Source of the DNA: Harriotta raleighana
Taxonomy: Eukaryota
Direction of reading: 5' to 3'
Length of the DNA: 64,000 nt
Assembly: GCA_050575255.1 (NCBI GenBank)
Contig: JBNZDD010013698.1
Location: forward strand, 3,497,280 to 3,561,279
This document shows, piece after piece, positions 1 to 11,859 of this stretch. A program made the translations under genes and the position numbers. Below the pieces are notes generated by a model, which worked only from the letters and a program-made list of their open reading frames with translations, was not told where the DNA came from and did no database searches. Position 1 is the first letter of the stretch, and each line of letters opens with the position of its first letter.

Positions 1-1259
1 TTGTGAAGCACTTTAGGATGTCCTCCTATCACCAAATGCAGTATAAGGTTAATTATTATTATATTGTATATTTATATATAGCGTCTTTACTAGAGTAATA
101 ATTTACATTAGATAGTGTCTTTCACACCAGTTGCACTAGAGTGAGAAGGAAATATAAGACAAGATAAACTAGAGAAAAGGGAATGGGGGAGTGACAGATG
201 TGATAGAGGCAGTGCCCATTGACTTATGAATCACATGGCAGGTATGACCTAATTACTCAAAGCAGAAATCAGAACCTCAAATGCATCAATATCACACATC
301 AGAATTCAAAAATCTAACCTATATTGAAGGAGTTCAGTGTAAAACACAATCATAGCTTTAAGAGCACAATTACCTTGGCTGCAATCATTACAACGCCCAG
401 TTATTGCTTCTAGAGGTATGGCTATTTTGGCTGCGTTCCTGCTTTTAATGTAATTACTGTAAGACTGCAATTTCCACATTGCAGTAAACATAGCCATAAT
501 GAAGTACTTCACAATGGCAAGCCAGCAGTGAAATCATTCATTAATGTGCTGTCCAGACTGAAATAACCCAAACTGCCTTTGTCCATATTATGTGATGCAG
601 CAAATGTAAACATTATCATGTACATTTGAAGAAGAACGTTCAATACTGTTAGACTAGTGATTATTCACCTATAATGTGCTGCACAAGAAACCACTGTGAT
701 TTATAGAACAACAGAGATTCATTAACATAAAATATAAATCCATTTGCAGTGGAATTGCTCAATTAGATTTTTAATATACCATATTTACTTACATTTTATT
801 ATAGAGTTACAGTAAAGGGACAGCAACAGGTATGGCATGAATAAGAGCATTCAACTTTATTCAAATTTATTTATTAACTATCAGACTGTCTTATACAGGA
901 TATGGATGCAGTAGGTAAACAAGGATGGAACATCAACAGATTGCAGTTATATTGCACCTTTCATGCAGAGCGAACGCTTCAATCCAAAGGCTAAACCTGC
1001 AGAAGATGCATCCAAACATTGTCCAGGACCTGTCGCCATATTATGGCACAGCACAGATTCCATAATGTGTTTCATGTTTAATTTTTAAATAGTTTGTGGT
1101 TTTCCACCATAGCAGAAAAATTACAAATTTGCTATTTTAAAAAATCGCTTAACTGTATTTAAAAAATATATACCAACAGCATTGCTTTGTTTACAAAGGT
1201 TAGTGCTGAACAACTGTTGACTGATGTTATAAAACTCTAATAATGTTCTGTTTTTTTAG

Positions 1260-1393
1260 GAATTAGAATTACCATGTGGGACCTCCAGAGAATGACACAC
1301 CAGGTGATGGCCCTCCTAACATCATTCAAGTCGATCTAGTTATTTCGCCCATTTCCTTATTATTTCTCCTTACTAAATGGATTGCACAATAAA
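1260..1393 (+). other. Candidate 3'-terminal exon of an unidentified plus-strand gene
   Basis: Strong acceptor tgttctgttttttttag| ending at 1259, a second AG at 1265-1266, short open frames ending in stops, and AATAAA at 1388-1393. Confidence 0.25.
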
Positions 1394-1441
1394 AACAAAC
1401 ACTAGTTTTATTTAAAGTCGATTCTATTACTTTAATAGTGT

Positions 1442-1570
1442 GATGTCCTGTAGCTCAGTGGTTAGAGCACTCGCCTTGCAAGCGAGAGACCTGGGTTCGA
1501 GTCCAGGCAGGGCAAAACCTTGAGCAAGTTTCCTTACTCCACAAGTCTGATAATAATCCCTAAAAAAAAG
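1442..1570 (+). mobile_element. tRNA(Ala)-like SINE head, 3'-truncated
   Basis: Box A tagctcagtgg, anticodon-like arm ctcgccttgcaagcgag, box B gggttcgagtcc, followed by the family body ttgagcaagtttccttactccac seen in many other copies. Confidence 0.85.
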
Positions 1571-1644
1571 AAGAAACAAAAAAATAATAAATTCCCCATT
1601 AAAAGTGTCTCCCCTGCAGCTGATTCCCTCCTGCAGCTGAAATA

Positions 1645-1950
1645 CTTCTGCACGTGTTTGTCACGTCTCGCTTAGTTTACTCCAAAGTACTCCCTGCCAG
1701 TCTCCCCAGCTCCAACATTCAAAAGATCCAAAAGATCCAGCTGATTCAGAACTCTGCGGCCTACAAACTGACCGGCACCAAACTCTGTATCCACATCTCA
1801 CCAGTTCTGGCCAGACTCCACTGGCTCCCTATCATCGAACCGATTGACTTCAAGATCCTCACACTCTTGTTCAAATCCACTCCCTAGCATCTCCCTGACC
1901 TCTCCGACCTCCTCACTCCCCAATCCACCACTCAGTTGGCGCTGGCCTCC
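1645..1950 (+). mobile_element. L2-clade LINE ORF2 3' fragment
   Basis: FVTSRLVYS...KIQLIQNSAA...[23 protein letters not shown], the L2 C-terminal motif. Confidence 0.85.
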
Positions 1951-2029
1951 AGCTTGTCCTATTTTAAAGTTGGGTGGAATATTTGGAAAATTCCTTGCTT
2001 TCATTTGAGATCTTGTTTTTGGCATTCAA

Positions 2030-2245
2030 GTGCTTTTAGACATTTTCCCAACATGAAAGGCGCTGTATAATAAAAATCCACACACTTGATGCATAGGGTA
2101 CAATGTAAAATGGATTGACTCTGTATTTTTGTGGGTGAAATCCAGCAGCCAAATTGCACATAGCAATGTCTCACAAATAACAACAACAACTACAGCAAAA
2201 TTATATTTTTATAGAGTCTTTCACGTCAGGAGAACGTCCCAAGAC
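2030..2245 (-). mobile_element. SINE/L2 3' tails
   Basis: tgtgggtgaaatccagcagccaaattgcaca (Deu-tail) and (caa)n-aaaattatattt...ttcacgtcaggagaacgtcccaag tail motifs that recur throughout the window. Confidence 0.7.
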
Positions 2246-2274
2246 ACAGAAATTGTCACCATGGGGTGACAATT

Positions 2275-2857
2275 TTTATTTGTCGGCCAGGACACTGGGA
2301 GAAACTCCCGTTCCTTTTAAAATAAGTGTCAAGGGACCATTACCACCCACCTGAAGAGGCAGACGGGACCATGTTTTAACATTCTGCTGGTAGGTGTGTC
2401 TGTGACCCGAGGTCACAGTCTTAAGATATCTACCAAAAGAAGCAGAGGGGAGGTTAGAGGAAATATTTTCACTCAGAGAGTTGTTCGAATTTGGAACGAT
2501 CTGCCTGAAAGGGTAGTGAGGTCCGATTCGATAGCAGCTTTTAAGAGAGAACTGGATAGGTATCTGGGGAAGATGGGCTTGCAGGGTTATGGGGAGAAAG
2601 CTGGTGATTGGGGTTAATAAAAGTGACATTGCTCTGTCAAAGAGCCGCACAGACTCGATGGGCCGAATGGCCTCCTTCTGTGCCATAACCTTCTATGATT
2701 CTATGATCTGATCCCAAGCACAGGACCTCCAGCAATGCAACACACTAACTTTGTACTGACATATCAGCTTAGACTGTAATTTCATGTCCCGACTTCATGC
2801 TTGAACCCACAATCTTCTGACTCTGAGGTGAGAGTGCAACCATTGAGCCAGGCTGTC
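2275..2857 (-). mobile_element. SacSINE1-like DeuSINE interrupted by a CR1 insertion
   Basis: Deu domain (ggccaggacactgggagaaactcc...ccacctgaagaggcagacggg) at 2284-2380. It resumes after the CR1 and ends in the tRNA head cttgaacccacaatcttctgactctgaggtgagagtgc...tgagccaggctgtca. Confidence 0.8.
2385..2707 (+). mobile_element. CR1 LINE 3' end
   Basis: SVTRGHSLKI...RGNIFTQRVVRIWNDLPERVV...FKRELDRYL, then the 3' stem gatgggccgaatggcctcc and (ttctatga)n tail. Confidence 0.92.
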
Positions 2858-3759
2858 AAACAAAATCTAAATTGTATAGTTGTTAAAAGGAGTCTGCTCT
2901 ATCCAAGTTCAAAAGTGCATTTAAACTGAAATGTTTTTAACAATTTCACTAATGATTTCTTTAGTCTGCCCTTTAAGCTTAAATTTTTTTAAGCCAAGCA
3001 TCTGCTTAGTTCATGACAACATTAAGAAACACAGCAATGTCCAGCAATAGGTAATAGTGCTCAAAACATACTTACAAAAAGCTTTACCCTGTCAACAGTT
3101 TTGGAGCAGGAAATCAAAATGCTGTTTCCCACTCCGAAACACTCTGCTGCTGCTGAAAGCAAACGGTTTGGGTGCTTTAATGTACTGAGTACAAGTACTT
3201 TAGATTGTTTGTTGCCATAGCAGCCTGGAATCACTCCTATGATTCTGCAGAAGTGGAGATAAAACAAACTGCGATTCACATTAACACAGGCTATTAGTCT
3301 TCAGAAAGACCTTTTCATTCAAGAGGTTTTTAAGGGGGAATAAACCCCCACACTAATAAAGTATTATAGAGAATGATGCAGTTTCAAATGGGAATGTTGT
3401 ACCAAAAAGCATTCAGCCATTTGTTCATCAGATGTCTCAATACAAAGACAGTCTGAGCAAAAATGGGTAAAACTCACAGGTGTGCCTATAAGTGGACAAA
3501 AGGCTTCTTCAGATTTAAAATACAATGAAACACCTACTGGTCAAACAGAATTACCTCACCACAGCTGCTATAGAAATTGCTGAAAGCAATTCTCGCTGTG
3601 GACACTTTTATTATATCTTCTCTCTAAGATGGGCTTAGGTCCTCTCTTTCAATGTGTCAGAATAATGATCATGTTTGAAAATAAACTAATGGTTGCTGGT
3701 CCTCTAGTTAAAAAGCAAGCCAAATACTGTAAAGCCTTTCTTTTACAATGTTGTTGTAA

Positions 3760-3985
3760 GAACAACAACAAAATTACATTTGTAGAGTGCCTGTCACATT
3801 GGGTGGATGTCCCAAGGTACTAAACAGTCAGGACTCGACCTTGGGGGAATGGGGTGTGCAGGGCAGGGTTGACATCAGGGAGGCAGAGAGGTAGTGGGCA
3901 GCTGAAGGTACGGTTGAAAAGGAGGGTCCTGAGTTGGGCCTTGAAGGAAGCAAGGGAGGGAGCAAGACCGTGCAGGGCCTTGGAA
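3760..3985 (-). mobile_element. L2 LINE 3' end
   Basis: (caa)n tail, gtcccaagg motif and purine-rich L2 3' region like the 31700-31925 copy. Confidence 0.7.
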
Positions 3986-5289
3986 GTGAAGAAGCAGAAA
4001 CCTGGTGAAAAAATACTTGGGGAAATGATTTCACCGAGATCTCATTTTCGTGTTGTGGGTGTAGGGGGACTTTTTTTCTGGGATCTGGTACCATTTGGGG
4101 CAATTCCATTCTGTGGACCCGAGCTGTGGTTGGAAATAGCACTTAAACTGGAAAAATCTGGAGACATTGCAAGTATATCACACGGACGAATGAGAACTTG
4201 ATACCAACGGGAGATGGCCTGAGAGCAGGGTTCTTGTGGGTCGGTGTGGCAAACACAAGATTTCCTGTCTGATACTCACTTTACACCCCAAGGCACCTTT
4301 CTAGCTCTAAATGAAATAATAACCTTTGCACTGCACATGCAGCCTTGGCCCACTGAATAGATATTCCTACATTCTCACAGCTCCCCCTCAAAGGCTAAAT
4401 TCAATCTCATCGTCCAACACATTGCAACAACATTCACTATAAACGTTTATGCTAGACACCACTTTAATACCCTCACTTATCCACAACTGATTTGCAGAAG
4501 GTTTTTCTCCTCTTGTAATTATTTTTAATGATAAACCAAATAGGTCCACCCCAATTTTCTCTCATAACTTGGGTACGTTAGTAAGAGGAAATAACGGTAA
4601 GAGAGAGTTCAACTAACTTTGCAATGTGAGCTGGCTTTGAGGCTTGTGGCCCTTTTACATGATTGATGTTGATAATTAAATCTCAAAATCATAGCTAAAA
4701 TCTACTAAAGGTAATTAAATCTTATCAATGGTAAGAAATGTTTATCTCCTCCGAGAAATTATTCTCTTAGAGAACTTCGATTAAATGAGAAAACGGGAAT
4801 GATGTAAACCACAATCTTTGGTCTTCGGAGGAGCAAGGCTTTATTTGATGTAAAATAACACATTGTGAAGCTGCTGTGCACATGTGAGATGCACAAGAAG
4901 AGAGCTTTTTTGTTCACTGAATGTTTTCAGATATACAGGTGCACAATGTAACTTGTGGGAGAACATTTAGTTTGTGTAGAAATTGGAGTGTGAATTACTC
5001 CCAATATTTCTCCTTTTTAATTTCCAGTGTAAATTCAATTACTGTGTGTTACAAATAGTTTTTTTTTAAAAGAGCCCTTGAGAAGGGTTTGGGCATATTT
5101 TATTGCTGTTTCTGACCTGCTATTTGGGGGCTTTTTGTTAGGAAGTTGATGTCTGAAGACAAACACAGCAATGGATACATCCGCATTCCTCCGCCCCTCC
5201 AAACCCCTTACACCCACCCCCACCCAACCTCCCAACTCCTGGCGGGAGAAACCAACCTTTTATCCCACACATAAGCAAGAGTGAAGCAA

Positions 5290-5800
5290 CTATGATAGAA
5301 TCATAGAATTATAAGGCATAAAAGGAGGCCATTTGGCCCATCTAGTCTGTGCTACCTCTTTGAACAGAGCAACTCAATCCCACTGTCCAGCTTTCTCCCC
5401 ATAACCTAACAGACCTGCTCTTCCTAAATAAAGATCTAGTTCCCTTTTAAAAGCTGTTATGGAATCTGCCTCCACCACCTTTTCAGGCAATGCATTCCAG
5501 ATTCGAACAACCCACTGAGTGAAAAAATTTCTCCTCAGCTCCCCTCTGCTTCGTTTTGAAAATATTTTAAATATGTGACCACGAATCACTGATTCGCCCA
5601 TCAGTGGAAACAGTCTTTCCCTAGTCACCCTGTCAAAACCTCTCATAATCTTATAAACCTCTATTTGGTCTCCTCTCAATCTTCTTTGTTCTAGAGAGAA
5701 TAAGCCTAGACTATCTAGCCTTTCCTCGTAGCTGAAGTCCCTCATTCCTGGTACCATCCTAGTAAATCTCCTCTGCACCCTTTCCAATGCCTCAATATGT
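5290..5800 (-). mobile_element. CR1 LINE 3' end with intact ORF2 C-terminus
   Basis: ORF 5374-5787 ERVQRRFTRMVPGMRDFSYEERL..LGLFSLEQRRLRGD..EVYKIMRG...FFTQWVVRIWNALP; tail atagaatcatagaa. Confidence 0.95.
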
Positions 5801-7399
5801 TGTTGTAGATTGAAGAAGAAGTGATCATTTAGATTCCAGATTGTAAATAATGGAAAAGATTACCATTTGTACAAATCTGAATTGTAATTCAGAATTCACA
5901 GAAAAGAGACTAACTTAACACTGCGCTTCTTGCTTTAACTTATAAGCTTTACTATGTTTCATTCACATTCGCAATGAGGAACAGAATCTCTGTCAAGTAT
6001 GCACCTTTCAACGTTCTCAGCCCCACACTGGGGCGTTATATCCTGAATCATTATACTGTGGAAAATAATCTTAATGATGTTGTCACACCACTACTTTGGG
6101 AGCTCAATGTGAGAATGTACTGTCTCAAGTCCAGGCCTATTTCCCAGGCAGTCAATATTCCAGTGACAGATGAGTCACATCTGTCATTGCACATCTGTCA
6201 CTGACCCTGACTTCCAGACAAGCCAGAGACTGGGAGAACTGGCTGAACAGAGATTTCACTTCTTTAATTAATTTGAAATTGTTTTAATAAATGGAACATT
6301 TTTAAAAATTACTCTTAGGAAAGAATGAAAAATTATTTCATTCAAAACAATTAAACACCATTCATCGAAGTTTAAAAGAAGGGAAGATAGTCTCCCAAGT
6401 TTGGCAAATTAAAATGGTTGACAGCCCCCTGCATCACGGGGTCTGAGGAGTAATCATCAAAATATTGAGGGGCTTGGAATCAACCAACTCTTCCTCTCTC
6501 TTTCATGCAGATTTTTTTTACATAGAGGAAACTGTTTATTCTTCTACAAGTCTTTTTTTCTGTTGAGTTTTTTTTATCTGTCGTATCTCTTCCCGACTTC
6601 ATTTTGTCTCCGCAGAGCTGTCATTCTCAATACCATTTCCCTCAGATCAAAAATAAAATCATTCCAGCTCTGCTGCCTGAATAGTGCTGTTTCTATCAAA
6701 ATGAAGTCCCTGAATGCAGGCAGGTGCTTCCCTTCCTCCATACATTTTCTCACACTGATTACACCCACAATAAGTGGGGATGGTTAGGAGCCAACATCAT
6801 TCTTGGAGTCAAGGTGTGAGATGTCTTTGATATTAACAATCGTGTAATTAAACATCAATAAAATATTTGAGGTTTAATCATGATGCTGGATGAGTACTTG
6901 ATACTCAGTTCTAGTTTACATCAATACAATTTACATGTACAGTATATTGTGCTGCTCATATCAGGAGGACATCTCAAAAGTGTTTCACACAACAGCATCT
7001 GAGCTGGGTGGAGCTGTGAAAGTTGGGGATGGGAGTAGATGACAATTGAAACGCAATCAAAGAGATGGGTCTTTTGGTCAATTTGTATCCAACGATTCTT
7101 ATCCAAGTTGCCATTCTTAATGTGTGAGCCCACACCATGCGTTTTAGCGTATTGACGGACTGTGAGAAAGATGATAGGGGAGGGAAGGTAATAACCCCTT
7201 AGTTAATTCTCCAAATTTAGCAAAACAATGAAATTATTCTTGTTACTCTTCCCTACCACTCTACAATTTATCGAAGGTCAGATTCCCAAAACCAGATAAT
7301 ATTTGAATTATAAGATTAGAAAATCTATTTTGGATTTTTATTTCAATGCTTTCAGGACACAAATTAGTAGTTAATTATGTTTATCATCTTGTTCTCTCT

Positions 7400-7675
7400 C
7401 TCCCTTTCTGATTTCAAAACCCATTTAAAGGTCTACCTGTTTCACATTGTCTTTGATCACCTCCCAGTTTTCTTCCATCCTTCTCCCATCTCCCTCCCAA
7501 ACTAGGCTCCCACTCAGTCTTTGTAAACAACAACAACTTGGATTTATATAGCACTCTCCACGCCGGACGGCATCTGCATAAACAACAACAAAATTACATT
7601 TGTATAACGCCTTTCATGTAAAGTACTTGAAGACAGTCTCCTTTGTGAAAGGCACTATATAAGTGCAAATTGTTG
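7400..7675. mobile_element. Cluster of degenerate L2/SINE tails in both orientations
   Basis: ttcaaaacccatttaaag... L2 3' remnant plus caacaacaacttggatttatatagc and aaggcactatataagtgc tail motifs. Confidence 0.55.
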
Positions 7676-8616
7676 GTAGCTTCACATTGACTGAGACCTT
7701 TTTTATTATTTATTTCAAGACCATCATGCTTTTTGATTGAATCATTCATTAAGTCCCACCTGCCTTGTGATTAAGGTTTAAGTGGACACTATTGCAAAGA
7801 AAACTATAGATTTTGTCTCACTCCTGGATTATGTACCCTCATCCCAATTCAAATGAATCAGCTATTCATCTTGTTCTAGTTTGTAGGATGTTATTGTCAC
7901 AAATTAATTGTCACATCGGCCAGTTCATTTCTATGTAATCTCATTCTGTACAGGGCTTTGAAGAGCTTCTCTTATTATATAGTATAAGTGGTTGTTTGTT
8001 GTTGAACTTTCAGTGAATGGTCAATAGTTACATACAAATCATTTTCCTTTTCAACCTCAGCTTTACTGAATTGAAATACAGTAGCTTTTTCACTAGCAGA
8101 AAAAACAGACAATAGTAGGTGGTAAGAATCTAATTGTGACAAAGATACTGCAGGCCTGAAATTACACCAGTCCTTAGTCTGTGGACAAATCTGCCTTCAT
8201 ATTTAAGATCACCCTAATTGTGGAAAATTCTATGTCTTCATTTAGAAATTATTTTTCTGCGCAGTTTTTAAACAGCATCCAAAATAGATTCAGTTTAAAG
8301 ATATTCCGCATCTAAAAATTGAAGTCAAAAGAGATACAATTTTTAATTATTAAGTTACATGGTAGCTGTCTTAAAATTATTTATTTACTAAAACAAAATG
8401 TCAATGTCAATGTCAGGATGCATAATAACCTCCATTTTATTAACATTCTCTTAGCTTCTTCCTCTAACCCTCAGCCTTGTTGCCTCCTTCACCATCTTCA
8501 GATCGTACCTGAAGTCCTTCCTCTTAGACCATGCGTACAGTCATCTCCCTCCAGGTGGGCATTGTGCTCTGCTACTGTGGAGTGCTTTAGGACGCTGCCC
8601 TGTGTGAGGGATGCAT

Positions 8617-8862
8617 TTGATTCCAGGCTAGGTAAAACATTGGGTAAGTTTCCTTACTCCACACGTCTGATAATAATTCCTCAAAAAGAAATTGGTCATT
8701 TCAATCCATGATTGTTTGTGGGATACTGCTGTGCGCAATTGGCTGTCGTGCTTTGCCCACATATGTACAGTCAATTCACTTAACAATATACTCTGTGAAG
8801 CGCTTTGAGACATCTAGAAGACCTGAAATGCGCTATATCAAATGCAAAAATTATTATTGTTA
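8617..8862 (+). mobile_element. tRNA-derived SINE, 5'-truncated
   Basis: ggtaagtttccttactccac body, gtgggatactgctgtgcgcaattggctg Deu-tail, gcgctatatcaaatgc (tta)n end. Confidence 0.85.
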
Positions 8863-9586
8863 CTCATTTTACAGAGCATTAAAACAGATTGACAAGAGAA
8901 AAGACTTGGGAACCCCAGAATGTGAGTTGAGTTGCGATGTGTACTGCTGGAATTTAACCATCTTAAGCACCAAGTTTAATTGCATAGTTTGCTGTTGAAA
9001 GCACTGTCTGTCATGCTTCATGGTGCCTGTCCAGCTAGGACCACGCAAACTGTTCGGACTTTGACTTGTAGAGTTAGCAGGAGCTAGCCCATACTCACCT
9101 TATTTGTGCTCAGAGCGAGCTTAAAAAACATTTTCAAAACAGGTCCATCTCCATCTGAGAAGGAGACTCGCAATCAAAACAACAATGGGAATATCAAGGT
9201 AAAATCAAGAGTGAAACCAACATTTCAGAACTGGTTGGTATCACCAGCAAATGTACATGTCAATGAGACTACATTTCTGAAATGATAAATTTATTTCTCT
9301 AAAAATATCAGCAACAGTCGCCTCCAAGAAATCTTACAAATTCTACCCGGAGTCAGCAATAATCATGCAAAATTCTGACAGGCAGATTAACTTCAAAGGT
9401 CTTTACTTTTTATTTGATTTGAACATTCTCAAAACAAGATACAGATAAATGGTATTGGCGTAATCCACATTTTACCAAATTCGGTTTTACAAAGTAAGGA
9501 TTGTGTTGTATAATAACAGAAAAGAGAAGGGATATGGGGAAAAGGTAGAGGACTGAAAGGATTTTTTAAAAAAGAACGAAACACAG

Positions 9587-9957
9587 ATAATAATAGTAAT
9601 AATCCTTGCATTTGATATAGCTCTTTTCATATCTTATCAATGTCTCAAAGTGCTTCACAGAATATACTATAAAGTGAATTTAATTCATCCATCTACGACT
9701 GTTTGTGGGACACTGCTGTGCTCAATTGGTTGCCGTTTGAATGAAACAAGGCAACCAATTACACACAGCAGTGTCCCACAAACAGTTGTGGATTGAAATG
9801 ACCAATTTTTGAAAAAAAAATTGGGGGGAGGGATTATTATTAAGCATGTGGAGTAAGGAAACTTGCTCAAGGTTTCAATCTGACCTACATGGATTTGAAC
9901 ACAGGTCTCACATTTGTAAGTGTTGCGAGTGCTCTAATCACTGAGCTACAGGACTTC
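9587..9957 (-). mobile_element. Near full-length tRNA(Ala)-like SINE with internal duplication
   Basis: (taa)n-ccttgcatttgatatag tail through to ctgagctacaggac head. An inverted copy of the gtgggacactgctgtg segment lies at 9700-9790. Confidence 0.88.
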
Positions 9958-10278
9958 ACAAGATACAATGAATGGGGCCAATTGGCCTTTTTTATGCTTA
10001 AAACATCTTTAGCTGTAAAGCTACAAAATTATTTTCCCATAAACTTCAAGTCTACCAAACGTACTCAGTTAAAAGAAGGCACTTTCATAACATGTTGTGG
10101 AACCCAGCAAGGTGAATTTTAGGAACAATGTGTAGTCATAATATTATATTCGGACCACAGTCCACAGCATTGATGCAATATGATGACCCCTAAAATATTC
10201 AGCATCTTTTACTGCTGCTGGTAGCTACACATCACTATGAAGTGGAGAGGTAGCAAAGGGAGGCAACGTCAATATAAT

Positions 10279-10284
10279 TTTATT
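10279..10284 (-). terminator. Possible polyadenylation signal (AATAAA) for MSRA
   Basis: Plus-strand tttatt gives AATAAA on the minus strand about 1.26 kb downstream of the MSRA stop. The hexamer alone is weak evidence. Confidence 0.25.
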
Positions 10285-10477
10285 CAAAGCTCTGCTCCAG
10301 GTATTGAGTCAAAGAGAGAGGTTTCTATTCTCACTGACTGTCTTAAATTCTGCCTCACAAGTCGAAGAGAAGATCGGAGGTGAAAAGGGCCTTTTCAGCT
10401 CCTTAAGTGCAAAAACAATCCTTCAAATTTTTAAGTTTTCTTCATATTTTTAACAGCAAAAAGCAAACTAATTCTGC

Positions 10478-10601
10478 ACAACAGATGCTGAAAATCTGAA
10501 ACAATAACAGAAGTTGCTGGGAAAACTCAGCAGGTCAGGCAGCATCCATGGAGAAAGGAAAGCGAGTCAATGTTTCGGGTCCACGACTCTTCGTCAGAAC
10601 T
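10478..10601 (-). mobile_element. Penelope-like element terminal (pseudo-LTR) fragment
   Basis: cagaagttgctgggaaaactcagcaggtcaggcagcatccatggagaaagg...gtttcgggtccacgactcttcgtcagaact, the same end sequence as the GIY-YIG-bearing copies at 17808 and 36760. Confidence 0.85.
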
Positions 10602-11539
10602 TTGTTAGCACACTCATTTAGACATTAGTTAAGGGTTACAGTGATCTCAGCTTTGATGGACAACTTTAGTTCTTTTTATATATTTGCTGAGTTGAGTTGA
10701 CAGATATTCATACTATAATTTGCTGCAACATCTTTTCCGACCAGATCCTCTTTTAGAGGTAGATCCTTTAAGCTCTGTGTGACATCTGTGTCATACAAGC
10801 TGATTGTATGCACACACATAATCCTAACACCAATATGAAAGAGAGGATCAAACACATATACACACTTAACCATTGTATTAGTTAAACAAGATGACTATGA
10901 ACTACAAATCATCTAGGAAGATGAACTAAATTTCCTTCCCCACCTTTACTGATAGTGAGAAAAATAAACTGTAAAGTACATTACGCAGTGTTTCAGAGTG
11001 GGAATACTTCCATGAGAATTTCTATCGACCATTGGGAATTGTACTCCAAAAGCAGTTTGTACTGGAGCGTTTTGGTGTCTTGCGTTGTCAGTTATCAGAA
11101 GGAATCCCCATTTGTGTGATTCTTATTCCTCTTTGAGAAATCCCATCTAAAATACCAGTTTATATTCTTNCATTTGTGTGATTCTTATTCCTCTTTGAGA
11201 AATCCCATCTAAAATACCAGACATCAAGACCACCCAAAAAAATAGTATATTTTCAGGGGATGAAAATTATTCTATTTTTGAAATCAGCGTGAATGCTGAA
11301 ATCAGGAGATGAACAACCCACTGGTAACTCATTCAAATGTTTTTGCTAGTGCAATTGATTTGCAGTGAAAATTAGATTTACANTTCTTATTCCTCTTTGA
11401 GAAATCCCATCTAAAATACCAGTTTATATTCTTCTAAAATTTCAAAACAAAAAAAATTGATTGCAGATTTGTGTATTTTACCAATTTCATGTGGAACCGA
11501 TTGAAGAATATAAACTCAGGCACTTTAGTCTCTATTATC

Positions 11540-11698
11540 CTAAGGGTCAATAGGGCAAGATATTCCGGTGCCACCGAGCCCACAGTAACCATCTGGGTTC
11601 TTAGCCAAGTACTGCTAGTGGTAATCTTCAGCATAATAAAAGTCACAAGCCTCCAAGATTTCAGTTGTGATTTCCCCATGAAAACACTGATCCAATTC
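11540..11698 (-). CDS. MSRA: Terminal coding exon of peptide methionine sulfoxide reductase A, interrupted by an in-frame TAG at 11617-11615
   Basis: Minus-strand acceptor ttgtgtctttacag| (AG = plus-strand CT at 11699-11700). Phase-0 translation is [51 protein letters not shown] with the final stop at 11542-11540. This matches the vertebrate MSRA C-terminus (human ...[47 protein letters not shown]) at the expected last-exon boundary. Confidence 0.95.
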
Positions 11699-11859
11699 CT
11701 GTAAAGACACAACAGTTGCAAGTCACTGGATTTGTTTGCACCATTTAAGCACATGAGTAATAATACAGTAACACAATTTTACGTGATCACAATGACAAAT
11801 TTCAACAAAAACGGTGGTAGATTGAGTGACAACATTTTTTTTAAGGAATTATTAACCCT

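Noticed and set aside
1442-1510. Possible tRNA-Ala gene
   Set aside because: It runs straight into the SINE body shared by many copies and has no proper acceptor stem or terminator, so it is a SINE head.
2250-2275. Perfect 11-bp hairpin aaattgtcacc-atgg-ggtgacaattt
   Set aside because: Single short palindrome at a SINE junction with no supporting context.
11615-11617. Selenocysteine or pyrrolysine recoding of the MSRA stop
   Set aside because: Sec uses UGA, and seleno-MsrAs carry it at the catalytic GCFWG site, not at this Gln position. Pyrrolysine is unknown in eukaryotes.
11434-11754. Listed ORFs 11434-11754 (-) and 11471-11704 (+)
   Set aside because: They are off-frame and antisense shadows of the real MSRA exon, which lies in another minus-strand frame.
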